From Vicugna vicugna (Eukaryota): a DNA stretch of 64,000 bases. The translations under genes and the position numbers were made by a program. Shown in pieces: positions 1-12,781 of this stretch (within the stretch, counting starts at the first letter, position 1; each line of letters starts with the position of its first letter). The DNA lies in NCBI GenBank assembly GCA_013265495.1, contig MU058824.1, positions 2,507,111 through 2,571,110 of the forward strand, in the 5' to 3' direction. The notes under the pieces are model-generated. The model was not told the origin of the DNA. It did not search any database and saw nothing but the letters and a program-made list of their open reading frames with translations.

Positions 1-59
1 TCACTTTTACAGTTTAGGAAGGAAAAACCAAAGAAAAAAGACATATAATTCATAAAAGA

Positions 60-720
60 GCCATAAAAGGGCTAATAAACATATGAAAAAGTGTAACTTT
101 CTTAAGAATTAAAATAAAAGAAACAGAAATGAAAACACAGCTGCATTTTTTCACCTTTTAGAATACCAAATAAAAACTGATGCCCATTGTTGGCACGGGA
201 ACAAGTAAATGATCATTCCCATACACTTTTAGAAGAATCTAGTTGGTGTAATTTGTTTAGAGCACAAATTAGTAGAGCCTTCGTGTGTAAATCCCCTATC
301 TAGTTGCTCTACTTCTACCAATGTAGTCTAAGGAACTAGTTGTGAGTATATGCAAGGACTATTCTATAAATATGTTCACTGTAGAATTGCTTACAATAGT
401 GAAAATCACTTATATTCAACAATAGGTGGTTGGACAATGGACTACCCTAAAAATGATAATGTAGATGTGTTCTTAATGATATGAAAAATGTTCACAATAT
501 AGTGCCTTTTAAAACAGGTTATAAGATAGTAATACATGACTCAATTTGTATTTTTTTAAATGTATGTAACTATGTAAGACAGAAAGATACTTTTAAATGT
601 TTACATTTATGTCTGGATTAGAGGTGATTTTTTTTTTCTTCCACTTACTTTTTTTTATACTTTGCAAATTTTCTACACCATACACATAAGTACTTCTGTA
701 ATCAGAACAACGTATTTTAG
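60..720 (+). mobile_element. Ancient L1 (L1ME-like) 3' fragment
   Basis: Degenerate L1 3' motifs (aaacatatgaaaaag, atgttcactgtagaattgcttacaatagtgaaaa, tttgcaaattttctac); boundaries approximate. Confidence 0.55.
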
Positions 721-1819
721 GAAATGCATCTTATAAATATTTAGTACATGAGTTTTACATCTACAAGTCTCAGAAACCTACATTTATTTACTTTAGCTTA
801 ATATTTGAAAGATGTCTTTTCAATCACGCTGCCTGCTGGCTAATGCCAACAGTCCTTTATTCATATTCAAAGTTCATGATCTTACTTACTACAATTTACA
901 TACAGCAACTTCTCTCTTTCTAGGCCTAATGCAACCCTGGCCTTCAGCACCATATTCATCTATGTTTTAATGCATAAATATATTCAATGCCTCATTTTAA
1001 TAATCTTTTCACTTAAACAAAATAAAATGGTGATGAACTACATTATTTTAGAAATAAACATTTCCCAGAGAAACCACAAATCAATCATATATCCTCAATT
1101 TTGATCCCTCTTTCTATTTTACTGTAGACACATGGTAAACTTAGACTGATACCTACAATATTAGAGAATATCAGTTGTGTTATTTTTCTAGAACCTTCTA
1201 GTTTGTTAACTGGCAGGCATGAGTTCTCAACCAGCATTTTTGAGAATGGTCTTCTGGGGCCAGTGTATCTCCTGTTTTAGTATACAAAGAGGCACATATA
1301 TGTACATAAATTAATTTTTCTAGGAAGATCATTTATAGCTTTCATCAGCTTCTCAAAAGATTTGGTAAATCCAAAATGTTTAAACTCATAATAGCTTACA
1401 CTACTTAATACTACTGCTTAAGATTTCGTAAGTTTAGAAATAAAATCTTTGGCTATTCTATTCTGATAAAAGCTTCTCTGACATTGTAACTAGAAAGGCT
1501 GCCCATAATCTCTGCCACTGGATGGTATTTAGATTTCTCTCAAAAGATTTCTTTCAATTTGTCATTACGCTCTTTAAAAAAGGATTTGATGAAGGTGTTT
1601 TACAATATCTTTAATAACCAATAATTAAAATAGTCTATAATGTAATCCATACAAAGAAAAATAGCTGGAGACAACTGTGTATGTAATTCTAGAAATCATT
1701 GTACAAGAATGTATAAGACATTCTACTACACAGAATTCAAAATTCTTACCATGAAAGGCAAGAGACAAAAGCGTGTATTATATTAATTCTCAAAACTAAA
1801 ACCAGCTTTTGCTATCAAT

Positions 1820-2659
1820 TTTTAAACTTTTATTTTGAAATACTTATAAATTCATGGAAATTCACCAAAAAAAATGTCCATTTAAGTCCCATGTACCCTT
1901 TGCCCAGTTTCCCCCAATGGTAACATCTTGCATAGTACAGTATCAAAACCAGGCAACTGACATTGGTACAATTCAGAGCTTATTCAAATCTCACCAGTTT
2001 TACATGTACATGTGTGCGCATATAGTTCTGTGTAATTTTACCACACATAGAGGTCCGTGTAACCACTACAATCAACATCCAGAACCGTCCTATCACTACA
2101 AGGCTCCCTTTTGCTACCCCTTTTTGCCACATCCTTTCCCCTTCCCCAACTTTTAACTCTCGGCAACTACTTCTCTGTTCTCTATCTCTATAATTTTGTC
2201 ATTTCAAGAATGTTATATAAATAGAATCACATAGTATCTAACTTTTTAAGATTAGTTTCTTTCACTCAGCATAATTCCCTTGAGATCCATCCAGTTGTTG
2301 CATGTATCAATAGTTCACTCCCTTTTCACTGCTGAAAGGTATTCTTCAGTGTGGATATACTCAGTTTGTTGAACACCTACTGACAGACATCTCGGTGGTT
2401 TAGTTTTTGGCTACTGTGAATAAAGTTAATATGGACATTTGTGTATCTTTTTTATGTGAACATAAGTTTTCCTTTCTCTGGAATAAATGTCCAAGAGTGG
2501 AATTTCTGGGTCATACGGTAGTTTCATGTTTTAACTTTCTTAAAGGAAACTCCCCAACTATTTTCTAGAGTGGCTGTAAAACTTTGTATTTCTAACAGCA
2601 ATGTATGAGTGATGCACTTTCTCTGCATCCTTGCCAGATTCAGTACCATCACTATTTTT
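1820..2659 (-). mobile_element. Old L1 (L1MB-like) 3' end; resumes at about 5709-5815 after a nested insertion
   Basis: cccagtttcccccaatggtaacatcttgcat..., cactcagcataattcccttgagatccatccag. Continuation ttttagctattctgatagg...tttaatttgcatttc appears after 5709. Confidence 0.75.
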
Positions 2660-5600
2660 AAAATTGAAATATAGTTGATTTACAATATTATGTTAGTTTC
2701 AGCTGTACAGCATGGTGGGTAATTCAGTATTTTTGCAGATTATACTCTATTATAAGTTGCTACAAGATAGTGGCTATAATTTCCTGTGCTATACAATATA
2801 CCATTATTGCTTGTCTATTTTACATATAGTATTTTTATTTCTTTTGCTTTGGGAGACAAATCCAAACAAATATTACTACAACTTTATGTTAAAGAGTGTT
2901 CTGCCTATGTTCTTCTAGGAGTTTTATGGTTTCAAGTCCTATGTTTAGGTGTTTAAATTATTGAGTTTATTTTTGTATATAGTGCTAGAGAATGTTCTAA
3001 TATCACCGTTTTAATGTAGGTGTCCAGTTTTCCCAGCACCACTTCTTGAAGAGACTTGTCTTTTCTCCATGGCTTCCTCTGTTGTAGATTAATTGACCAT
3101 AGATGTGCAGATTTATTTCTGGGGTCTACATTCTGTTCCATTGATCTATGTATCTGTTTTTGTGCCAGTACCATGCTGTTTTGATTACTGTAGCTTTGTA
3201 ATAAAGTCTGAAGTCTGGGAGGGTTATACCTCCAGCTCTGTTCTTTTTTCTCAGGACTGCCTTGGCATTTTGGGGTCTTCTATGGTTCCATATAAATTTT
3301 AGTATTATTTGTTCTAGTTCTGTGGGAAGTGTCCTGAGTATTTTGATAGGGATTGCATTAAATATATAGATTGCTTTGAGTAGTATGGCCATTTTAACAA
3401 TATTAATTCTTCTAATCCAAGAGCATGGGATATCTTTCGATTTCTTTGTATATCTTCAATTTCCTTCATCAATCTTTTAAAATTTTCAGAGTATAGATCT
3501 TTCACCTCCATGGTTAAGTTTATTCCTAGCTATTTTATTCTTTTTGATGTGATTTCAAATACGGTTTTTTTTAACGTTCTCTTTCTAATATTTCACTATT
3601 GTGTAGAAATGCAATATATTTCTGCATATTACTTTTTCATCCTATAGCCTTGCTGAATTTATTTATTAGTTCTAATAGTTTTGGGGTGGAAACTTCAGGG
3701 TTTTCTATACAAAGTTATCATGTTATCTGCAAAGAGTGACAGTTTTACTTCCTCCCTTCCAATTTGGATACTTTTCCTAATTCTTGTCTGACTGCTGTGG
3801 TCAGGACTTCCAATATCATGTTAAACAGAAGTGGCAAGAGTGGGCATCCTTTTGTTCTTGAATTTAGTGGGAAAGCTTTCAGCTTTTTATCATTGAATAT
3901 GATGTTGTCTGTGGGTTTGCTGTAAACGACCTTTATTGTCACTTTAATGACAGTTTTTATCACTAACAAATGTTGAATTTTGTCAAATGCTTTTTCTGGG
4001 TCTAATGAGATGATCATGTGACTTTTTATCTTTCCTTTTGCTAATATGGTGTATCACATTGATTGATTTGCAAATGGTGAGCCATTTCTGTGACCCTGGA
4101 ATAAAACTAACTTGATCATGGTATATGATCCTTTTTATGTATTGTCAAATTGGGTTTTGTTGAGGATTTTTGCATCTATATTCACCAAAGATATTGGCCT
4201 GTAATTTTCTGTAGTGTCTTTGTCTGGTTTGGTATCAGGATAATGGTAGCCTCATAGAATGAATATGGGAGTGTTTCCTCTTCTTTAATTTTCTGGAATA
4301 GTTTCAGAAGGATAGGTATTAGTTCTTTACATGTTTGGCAGAATTCCCCTGTGAAGCCATCCAGTCCTGAACTTTGTTTTCGTGGAGTTTTGTTATTACA
4401 AATTAAATTTCACTTCTAGTGATTCATCTGTTCAAATTGTCTGTTTCTTCTCGATTCAGTCTTAGCAGGTTGTATGTTTCTAGAAACGTGTCCATTTCTT
4501 GTAGGTTGTCCAATTCATGGCATATAACTGTTCATAGTATTCTATGATTTTTTTTGTTATCTCTGTGGTATCAGTTATTATTTCTCCTCTTTTACTTCTA
4601 GTTTATTTGGGTCCTCTCTCTTTTCTTCTTGGTGAGTCAGGCTGAAGGTTTATTATGAATTTTATCTTTTCAAAAAAACAGCTCTTGGTCTCACTGATCT
4701 TCTCTATTGTTTCTGCGATCTCTCTGCTATTTATTTCCTTTCTGACCTTTATTATATCCTTTTTTCTGCTGACTTTGGGAGCTTCTGTTGTTGTTGTTCT
4801 TTTTCTTATTGTTTTAAGTAGAAGGTTAGGTTGTTTGAGATCTTTCTTGCTTCTTGAGGAAGGCCTATATCACTATAAACTTCCTTCACAGACCTGCTTT
4901 TGCTGCATCTCAGAGATTTTGGAACGTTGTATTTCCATTTTCATTCGTCTCAAGGTATTTTCTGATTTCCTCTTTGATTTTTTCATTGACCTGTTAGTTT
5001 TTAGTAGCATGTTGTTTAGTCTCCATGTGTTTGCTCTTTTCCCATTTTTCTTCCTGTAGTTGATTTCTAGTTTCATACTACTGTGGTTGGAAAAAAAACT
5101 GAGAGAGGGGCACAGGTGCACTGTGACCATCACCAGGCCTGGGTGGAAGGGGATTCTTCACCCTGGGGAAATGTTTTTAACAGAAAGATAGAATCTGCCT
5201 TTGGACTGTGGCTGTGCCAGGGCAGGAATTGCCTGCTGCCCTCTCTGGGCTAAGTCTCCAAGGCCTCACAAGGTCCCCTGTGGGGATGCTGCTATTTCTA
5301 AGATGCAAAATGTGCATTTCCTCGATTTTGTATCTGTGGATTTGGATAAGGGAAGGGACCACGGACAAACTGCTTGCACAATTTGAAATGGGCTGAAATG
5401 GCACTTCAAATCTTCTGATTGTTCCTAAATAAAAACGTAAGTACTTTTCAAAAAAAAATTTCTATTCTCTTAAATTTGTTCAGGCTTCCTTTGTGGCATA
5501 GTATGTGATCTATCCTGAAGAACGTTCTGTGTGCACTTGAAAAGAATGCATATTCTGCTGTTTTGGGATTCAATATCCTGCAGACATCTATTAAGTCCAC

Positions 5601-5708
5601 CGGTCTATTGTGTTGTTTAAGATCGCTATTATCTTACTGATTTTCTGTCTGGATGATCTGTCCATTGATGTTAGTGGGGTGTTAAGGTTCCCTATCATTA
5701 CTGTATCA
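2660..5708 (-). mobile_element. Younger lineage-specific L1, 5'-truncated, ORF2 remnants
   Basis: ORF2 peptides ([17 protein letters not shown]...[51 protein letters not shown]). 3' end tgaaatatagttgatttacaatattatgttagtttcag. Candidate TSD tattttt at 2653-2659 and 5709-5715. Confidence 0.9.
5099..5458 (+). pseudogene. Putative 5'-truncated retrocopy of an mRNA 3' end inserted in the L1
   Basis: About 360 nt of non-L1 sequence, AATAAA at 5428-5433 and A9 at 5450-5458, with L1 ORF2 on both sides. Source gene not recognised. Confidence 0.6.
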
Positions 5709-5819
5709 TATTTTTTATTTTAGCTATTCTGATAGGTGGGTCATGGTGATATTTCACAGTAGGTTTAATTTGCATTTCACTAATGGCTAATGAATTTGAA
5801 CATTTTTTCATGTGTTTTA

Positions 5820-7700
5820 ACATTTAAAGTAATTATTATCATGTTAGGACTTTAATAAGTCTGCACTTTATTATTTGTTTTCTATTTTTTTCTCCCCTTC
5901 TCATTCTATTTCTCTTTTCTTGCACTCTTGTGGGTTAATTAAACTTAAGAAAATTTCCATTCTGATTATATTTATCGTGTTTTTTAGTATAGTTTTCTTA
6001 TTGGTTGCTTTATGCATTCCAATATATATGCAACTTATTCTATTGGCATCAATGTCTTACCACTTCAAGTGTAAAAACCTTACTTACATTCAGGTCTCCT
6101 TGCCCTCCCTACTTTACAAATATAATTGTCTTAAGACATTAGCACTTCAGCAGATGGTGTTATAATTTTTGCTTCAAGCTAATATAATTTAATAAACTCA
6201 TGGGAAGAAGGATAAGCCACTTATTTTTATCTGTTTTACCCATCCTGTTCTTTCCTTTCTGAAGTTCTAAACCATTTTATATTATTTATATAAATATTAT
6301 TTATTTTCTGTTAAGAGAACTTCCTTTAGTCACTTTTTATGAATAAGTCAACTAGTGACAAATTCTCTGTTTTCTTTCGTCTGAGAATGTCTTCATTTCC
6401 ATTTCATTCCTGAAGTATACTTTTCCTGGATATAGAATCTGTCATTGACAGGTTTTTTTTTTTTACTTTTAGCACTAGAAAAATGTGCCATTTCCTTCCT
6501 TCATGGTTCCTCCTTGGTTGTGAGTGAGAAATCTACTGTCAATAAAGCTGACACCCTATGGGTGATGTGTCACTTCTTTCTGACTATTTTCAAGAATTTT
6601 CCTTTGTCTTTAGTTTTCAGGAGTTTCATTATGATATGTCTTATTGTGTTATTCTTTAGATTCACCCAACATGGGATCTCCTATTCTTCTTGAATCTATA
6701 GGTTTATGGCCTTAGCTACATTTGAGAAGTTTTCAGCCTTTAGACCTTCAAGTACTCCTTCTGCTCTTTAAGACTCTGATAATACATGTATTAGATCTCA
6801 TTTCCCCCACAGGTCCCTAAAGGCTCAGCTAGTTAATTTGTTTGGTTTTGTTCTTTTGAAGTGTATTTATTCTATTGTCCAGATTGGGTAATTTCTATTG
6901 TACTGTCCCTAAGTTCATCGATTCTTTCCTCTTTCATATTCATTCTGCTACTGCGCTCATCCAGTGCATTTTTGTTTTGGTTGTTCTGTTTGGTTTTCCT
7001 TTGTATGTTCTCTTTCTTTGATGAATTTTCTATTTTTCTTTTTTTTTTCCCAAAAGTATTTGCAATTGTTCACTGAAGGAATTTTTTTTTATAACAGCTG
7101 CTTTAAAATCCTTGTCAGATAATTCCAACATCTGATTCATCACAATGCTGGTGTCTGCTGACTGTCTTTTCTCATTCAAGTTGTCATTTTCCTGGTTCTT
7201 AGTATAACAATTGGTTTTTTAAATTGTATCTTGGACATTTGGACATATGTTAGGAGACAGCGGATCCCATTTAAATGTTCTGTTTTAGCAGGCAGTGACC
7301 CTGTTTAGGTTTATCATATATCTCCTGGCCCACTTTTGTAGGCTGTGATTTCAATAATAATTTAGTTTTCAGGGCCCTTATGGTGCTATTCTAGTCTGGT
7401 GCATTCACCTGTTGCTGAGAGTAGGTTCTATACATAGAAGTGAGCACTTCCCTGGGCCTGGTGCTGCTGAGTGGGATGGATGGGAGCACACTAGGCTGCA
7501 GGTCAGAGCGTACCACCTTGGGTCCACTCTTTGGGCTGCTTGTTGCTAGCGGGGCTCTCACTCAATCACTGCTGGTGCTACTTGCAGAAATGGAAGGCAC
7601 CTACCTGGGCCATGAAGTGCTACTAGGTGAGGAGCAGAAGACACCACATGAGGTGGGTGGAGAATGCACCCCTGGACCCACAATCCAGGATGCCTGATTT
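5820..7700 (-). mobile_element. Old L1M 5' / ORF1-region fragment
   Basis: Typical antisense L1 ORF1-region text (tctgagaatgtcttcatttcc...cctgaag, tttcaagaattttcctttgtctttagttttcaggagtt); boundaries approximate. Confidence 0.6.
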
Positions 7701-8129
7701 TGCTGTCATTTTATAGATTCAATTCAGAATCCTAGAATTTAGGCACACAACCAGAAGAGACGGCAGTACCTCAGTCATACACTGGACCTAATTAGTGCTT
7801 TGAGTCAAGATCCAAGTTTTAATTAAGTATTTTTTAGAACTTATCAGAATTATAATAACTAACCATAAACAACATTAAATGTATATTATGAAAAATATTT
7901 AAGAGTTGATAAAAAATATCAAAATATTTTAAAATGGTACTGTTTTAAGTAACTTAAAAAAATTAATTCTTTCTAAATATTCTAGTGTGGGGGGAGTACT
8001 TGGGAAGAGGGGAACTATCTTTTACAAAAAATGGAATTTTTGAACATTGATTTAAAGGAATATGAAACAACAAAATTTGTTTTGTAGAGGTACAAATACG
8101 ATGGAAGAATGTGGTACTGACATCTATGT

Positions 8130-8350
8130 CAGGAGTTGGCAAATTGTTTCTGTGGCAGGTCCAGCAGTACATATTTTAGGCTTTGCAGGCCATACTGTCT
8201 CTGCAAAACTACTTGACTGTGCAGTTGCTATGTAAAAGCAACCATGGACAAAATATAAACAAAGGGATGTGGCTGTGTTCCAATAAACCTCTATTTACAA
8301 AAACAGGCCATGGGCCAGATTTGGTCTAGAGGTTGTTGTTTGCTGACCTG
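8130..8350. mobile_element. MER58A-like hAT (Charlie) MITE
   Basis: caggagttggcaaa...tattttaggctttgcaggcc...gtggctgtgttccaataaac...tttgctgacctg, with imperfect TIRs. Confidence 0.8.
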
Positions 8351-8933
8351 AATTATCTCATAAAACCGTAACATTTGGAGCCAGAAAGGAACCTTGATAT
8401 CACCTAGTTAACACTTCCACTGGGCAAATACGGATACCACAGTCCCCCAAAATGAAATTACTTATTTTACCTGACTAGCAAATGGCAGCACCCAAGCTAA
8501 GATTGTAAAGTTGTGTTATTACTGCCAGTCCAGTCTTCCGATGCATGAGTGTATAATTATGTATAATTACGGGTATGATTATTAGAGCACAGTAGAGTGT
8601 GCAAATCAATCAGATTTTACTTAAAGCTTACAAAATTAATTGTAAGAAAGGTTTTCAAAAAAAGTAATTTATGCTGAAATAGCATCTAAGAACAATTTGT
8701 GAGAGCTTTTAAAATGAATTTCACAAGGAGAGACTACCCTTGCCCAGAAAATATTAAATGGAGATATTCAGAGAATGACATTTAGGTAGCCAGGAAAAGT
8801 ATACTAACTAGTAACGATGCATTTCTCTATAACATGCGAACTTGACATTACACAAAACAGAAAGTATTGCCTTCTTACCCTGAACACAGATTTTTAATAA
8901 ACTTCTCCTTTTAGCCAGACAAAGCCCAAATAC

Positions 8934-9147
8934 CTGTTGTTGGTAGACATGGTCACATGCCTCTGCACTGGAACATCTTTGAACACTTCATTTCCAATAG
9001 TTGCATGTAATGTGTAAGGCGGCATTTCAGCGTCAGATTTAACTCCAAGAGAGTGTCCTTTGTCTCTTAACAGTGGTAGATTAGGTTTTTTGCTGACAGA
9101 AAAATCTGAAGAAAATCCTGGTTGTCTGAGGGTTGCTTTTGGTTTTC
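8934..9147 (-). CDS. TDRD7: TDRD7 exon 4 (gene continues beyond the window start)
   Basis: (G)KPKATLRQPGFSSDFSVSKKPNLPLLRDKGHSLGVKSDAEMPPYTLHATIGNEVFKDVPVQRHVTMSTNN(R). Acceptor ttcatag|GA, donor AG|gtattt; 214 nt, phase 1 to 2. Confidence 0.95.
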
Positions 9148-10110
9148 CTATGAAGTTAGGCATATATAACGGAATCAATTAGCTTCCCCAAATCCTGGTT
9201 TCATGACGTCACTCCCCTGTGCAGATGTTTTCTGTGGGTCTCTATTCTCAGAAGTTTGTGAGAATGTGACAAGGTGGCCACTTGGGGGCTGGTCAGTAGA
9301 GGAGGAGTAGGTTGGTGTGTATTTAGCAGATGAGGTTCTTTAAAACGCGGCTTCATCTGCTCGACGACGAGCCCGTTACTCTCCCTCTGCTCACCAGCTA
9401 GCACTCCGGCGCAGTCATCTCATACTCTCACAAACGCAGCAAACTCAGCCATATCTCAGTTCTCCCCACTCTTCTCCATCGATTTAAATTCTTCCAGTCA
9501 TTAGAGGTCTGGGTTCAAGTCTCCCCTTCGCCATGACACCCTCCACTCCCATTCTCACTCACAGTAACTGCTTCTCTGTCTAAAGTGCTCATTGTGGCAT
9601 TCAGGTATCTACTCTTTTACATTATCATTGAGCTATTTCTTGAGAATTTAGTTTTAGAAGTGATTATAAGCTCCTTCAGGTAACTGTTCAGTAAACACAG
9701 GCTGAGCTGCCTACAACACCTTTGGGTACTATATAATTCACATTTCTCCGAAAATAGATTTATTCTAAAGGATATGATTTCCTAAATAAGATATTAAATC
9801 ATAGGTTCCCAGTTCATCCAACATTCTAGATGAGGCTTTCCCCCAAAATAAAGACTAAAACCACACTTTGCCATTTTAAGTTTAATTAAAATCTATGCTG
9901 AGTTATTTTACACTGTGTAACTACTTCACTCAGTAAGTCAGGCTTATCAATGTTGACTTTATTTCACGTGGAAATACTAGCTTCAGGATTTCTCCCCTGA
10001 TATATGAATGTTAACAAATAAAGGTGTTTATCATGAATGCAAGCAATATTTCCATATGACAATGTGTTCACTGACAGGCTTTAAAATTTGAGCATGTGAA
10101 AAGATCTTAC

Positions 10111-10252
10111 CTTCTAGAAAAAATGGCATGGTTTTCTTTACTCTCATCTGACAATTAACCTGCCGCCCAGTCTTCCTTTTAGAACTCCTCTGACGAGCCA
10201 CAAGCTGAGCAATCCTTGCAGTTTCTGTGCAGGCTACGGCATGGCAGGTAAT
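10111..10252 (-). CDS. TDRD7: TDRD7 exon 3
   Basis: ITCHAVACTETARIAQLVARQRSSKRKTGRQVNCQMRVKKTMPFFLE(G). Acceptor aattag|ATT, donor G|gtaaga; 142 nt, phase 0 to 1. Confidence 0.95.
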
Positions 10253-10589
10253 CTAATTATGAGAGGCAAGGTGAAAGAAGAGACATTTCTCAGATTCACT
10301 GGTGCCTGGGGGATGATTTTTAAAAGTGGATTTTTGTGAGCTTACCCGTCCCAAATCAAACTGTATGTAAATGTTCATGTCTCTCTCTCCTTGATAATGT
10401 TAGAGCAAAATTATATATTCTGCAAGAGAAATCAAGCATAGTCTAGCACACTGAATAATCTTCCTTTCTTAAATTGAACATTTCATTTATTCCTTAAACG
10501 CATTTATTAAGCATCTAAAATGCGCTAGGTATTACAGGATTAACAAATGAGCCCCCCAAATCCTGCGATTTGCATATAATACTCATTGT

Positions 10590-10700
10590 AATCTGTGAGA
10601 TATATTTTATTCCCATTTTATACATGGGAAAGCAAAGGCTCAGGAAAGTTAAGCAAACTTCTCAAGCCACCCAGCTAGGCTGTCTATCTGAATGCAAAGT
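10590..10700. mobile_element. MIR SINE fragment
   Basis: attcccattttatacatgggaaagcaaaggctcaggaaagttaagcaa core. Confidence 0.6.
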
Positions 10701-12574
10701 AAATACTCATAACTGCTATTTGTATTATCTCCTAAACGTCACTAAATCCTAGTCTTGCCACTGCAGTGGATTAGCTGGGTGACTTGGGGCAAATCAGTTT
10801 GCCTCCAAAATCTCAGTATTATCAGCTGTGAAACAGGGAGGGGCTTAGATCTGGGGTTTTCAAACCATTCAATGGAGCCACAGGATTCCTTGGAGGTGCC
10901 TCAGGGGTGTGAGGGCAAGACAGGGCAAGCAGAGGCCCTGGCCCCTCTCACATCTATTTAAAATACAGTAACTTAGCTTTTTACCTTTTTTAAAAAACAG
11001 TGGGATATACAGGGTTTTTGAAAAAAGTATGTAGACTATTGGGACTAGATGATCCCCATCTAGTGTTAAAGTCTTTGATTCTAAGTTGAAATTAAGGACA
11101 GGAAAGCAGTGAGGCTTCACACTACAAGCCAAAATGTGTTCTTATTCTTTGGCTCAGTATTTCTATTACTGAAAATATATTATAGGAATACAACTTAAAA
11201 GAAGAAAAAGTTACATACCCAAATATGTACATTAAGGGTTATTTTAATAGTTAAACCTATTTTAATAGTCAAACATTAACAACGTCCAGAAGAGGAGAAT
11301 AAAGAGTTTAGTAAACTATAACATAATAACTATATGAAACATTATTAAATTATTAATTCATTTAGACACTTAATCATTTATACATTCAATACATATTTAT
11401 TAAGCACCAGCTATTAGGGGTAAAAAAAAAAACCAAAAACTTATCCTTCAGAAACTTACAAAGGAAAGAGAGGCAAAGAGATTAAACAGAAAACATTATG
11501 TCAGGTGTTACCCTGGATGTGTTACAAGGTGCCAAGCAGACAGAAAAGAGAGCTTAAATCTGTCTGGGAAAATTCAGGGTCGCTGAAAAAAGTTTTATTA
11601 ATATAATGTTTAATTAATTTATACCATCTCCTTATAAAATTTATTAGACTGGGTGAATCTCCTCTATGACCACTCTCCCAATCCCGGGCCCCTCTCCTCC
11701 TTCCACTGTCTCCCCTACACTCCCAGAGAACAACTATCCTAAATTTTGGTGAGAAATACTCCAGACCTGTTCTATGTGTTTACATATGTAGAAATGTACC
11801 CAGAAAAACGTACTATTCTGGGAAGTGGGTGCCTTATCTTAGATGGTGGTTTGTCCATAGCTTTCACCCTATACACTGGACAGACACCAGGGAGTGGAAC
11901 TGCTGGGTCACAGGGTATATGCAATGAAAAATGTACTTGCTACCACCCAATTGTCCATGTTATATATAAAATATTCTTCCAGAGAAATGAAAGGATTTAA
12001 AATTGTAGAATAACATGACCACTATCACTGAAGTGTGAAGGTGAGAAAAGATCAGGGACAAAGGGACTAAAGACAATGAGAATAGTAGGGAGGGCCCTGT
12101 GACAACCCCAAGTGCTGATCGATCAATCAGGGACTGAACTAGCTTCCAGACAGCAGGAATAGCTAGGAGCCAGGTCAGATGACGAGAATTTAAAAGTGTG
12201 TATCAGTTTCGGTAACCAGGAGGTCATTAGTGACTTAGGCAAATACAGCTGTACCAGGTTTATAATGGGTGGGTGTGATATTTAGGCAGTTAAGGCCTCC
12301 AGTACAGTTTTTCTGTTTGGACATTGAAACTGGGCAAACTTTAAATTAAAAATGTTTTAATTTGATAGGGTCAAAATTATATTTTTACAAAGGAAAGAAT
12401 CTGAGGGGGTAAAATAAAAGACATCAGAATCGAGGCTCTGGATGCTGTTCTATCACTACCAATCTCAGCTGGTATGTTTCACTTTGACTTCTATCCTAAT
12501 TATGAGAATGGAAGTGCCAGACAGGCAGTTAAGGATTGGTGTGACTATTCTGACATGCACAATTACCTTCTTAC

Positions 12575-12781
12575 CTCTCCAGATCTACTAGTCTCTATCC
12601 TGACAACTGCTGGCACACTTCTCAGATAGGCTTCTAGTGTGGGATAACCTAATTGCTTGAAGGGAATCCAGTCTCCAGTCAAGGATCTGTACTCTCCTTG
12701 GAGCCGGGGTAATGCTATTCCATTCTTATGAGACTGCAGAACAGCTCGTAGCATTTTTGAAACCAGATCTGCTTCCAGCAT
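12575..12781 (-). CDS. TDRD7: TDRD7 exon 2 coding part (start codon; LOTUS/OST-HTH domain 1); exon begins at 12787
   Basis: [69 protein letters not shown] is the recognisable TDRD7 N-terminus. Acceptor cctatag|GTGAAGATG, donor GAG|gtaaga; 207 nt, ends phase 0. Confidence 0.97.

Noticed and set aside
2953..5133. Several ORFs resembling reverse transcriptase / endonuclease
   Set aside because: Frameshifted fragments of L1 ORF2, not an intact gene.
1..8900. Search for TDRD7 exon 5
   Set aside because: No matching exon seen. The region is almost entirely repeat-filled intron 4, so the gene continues outside the window.
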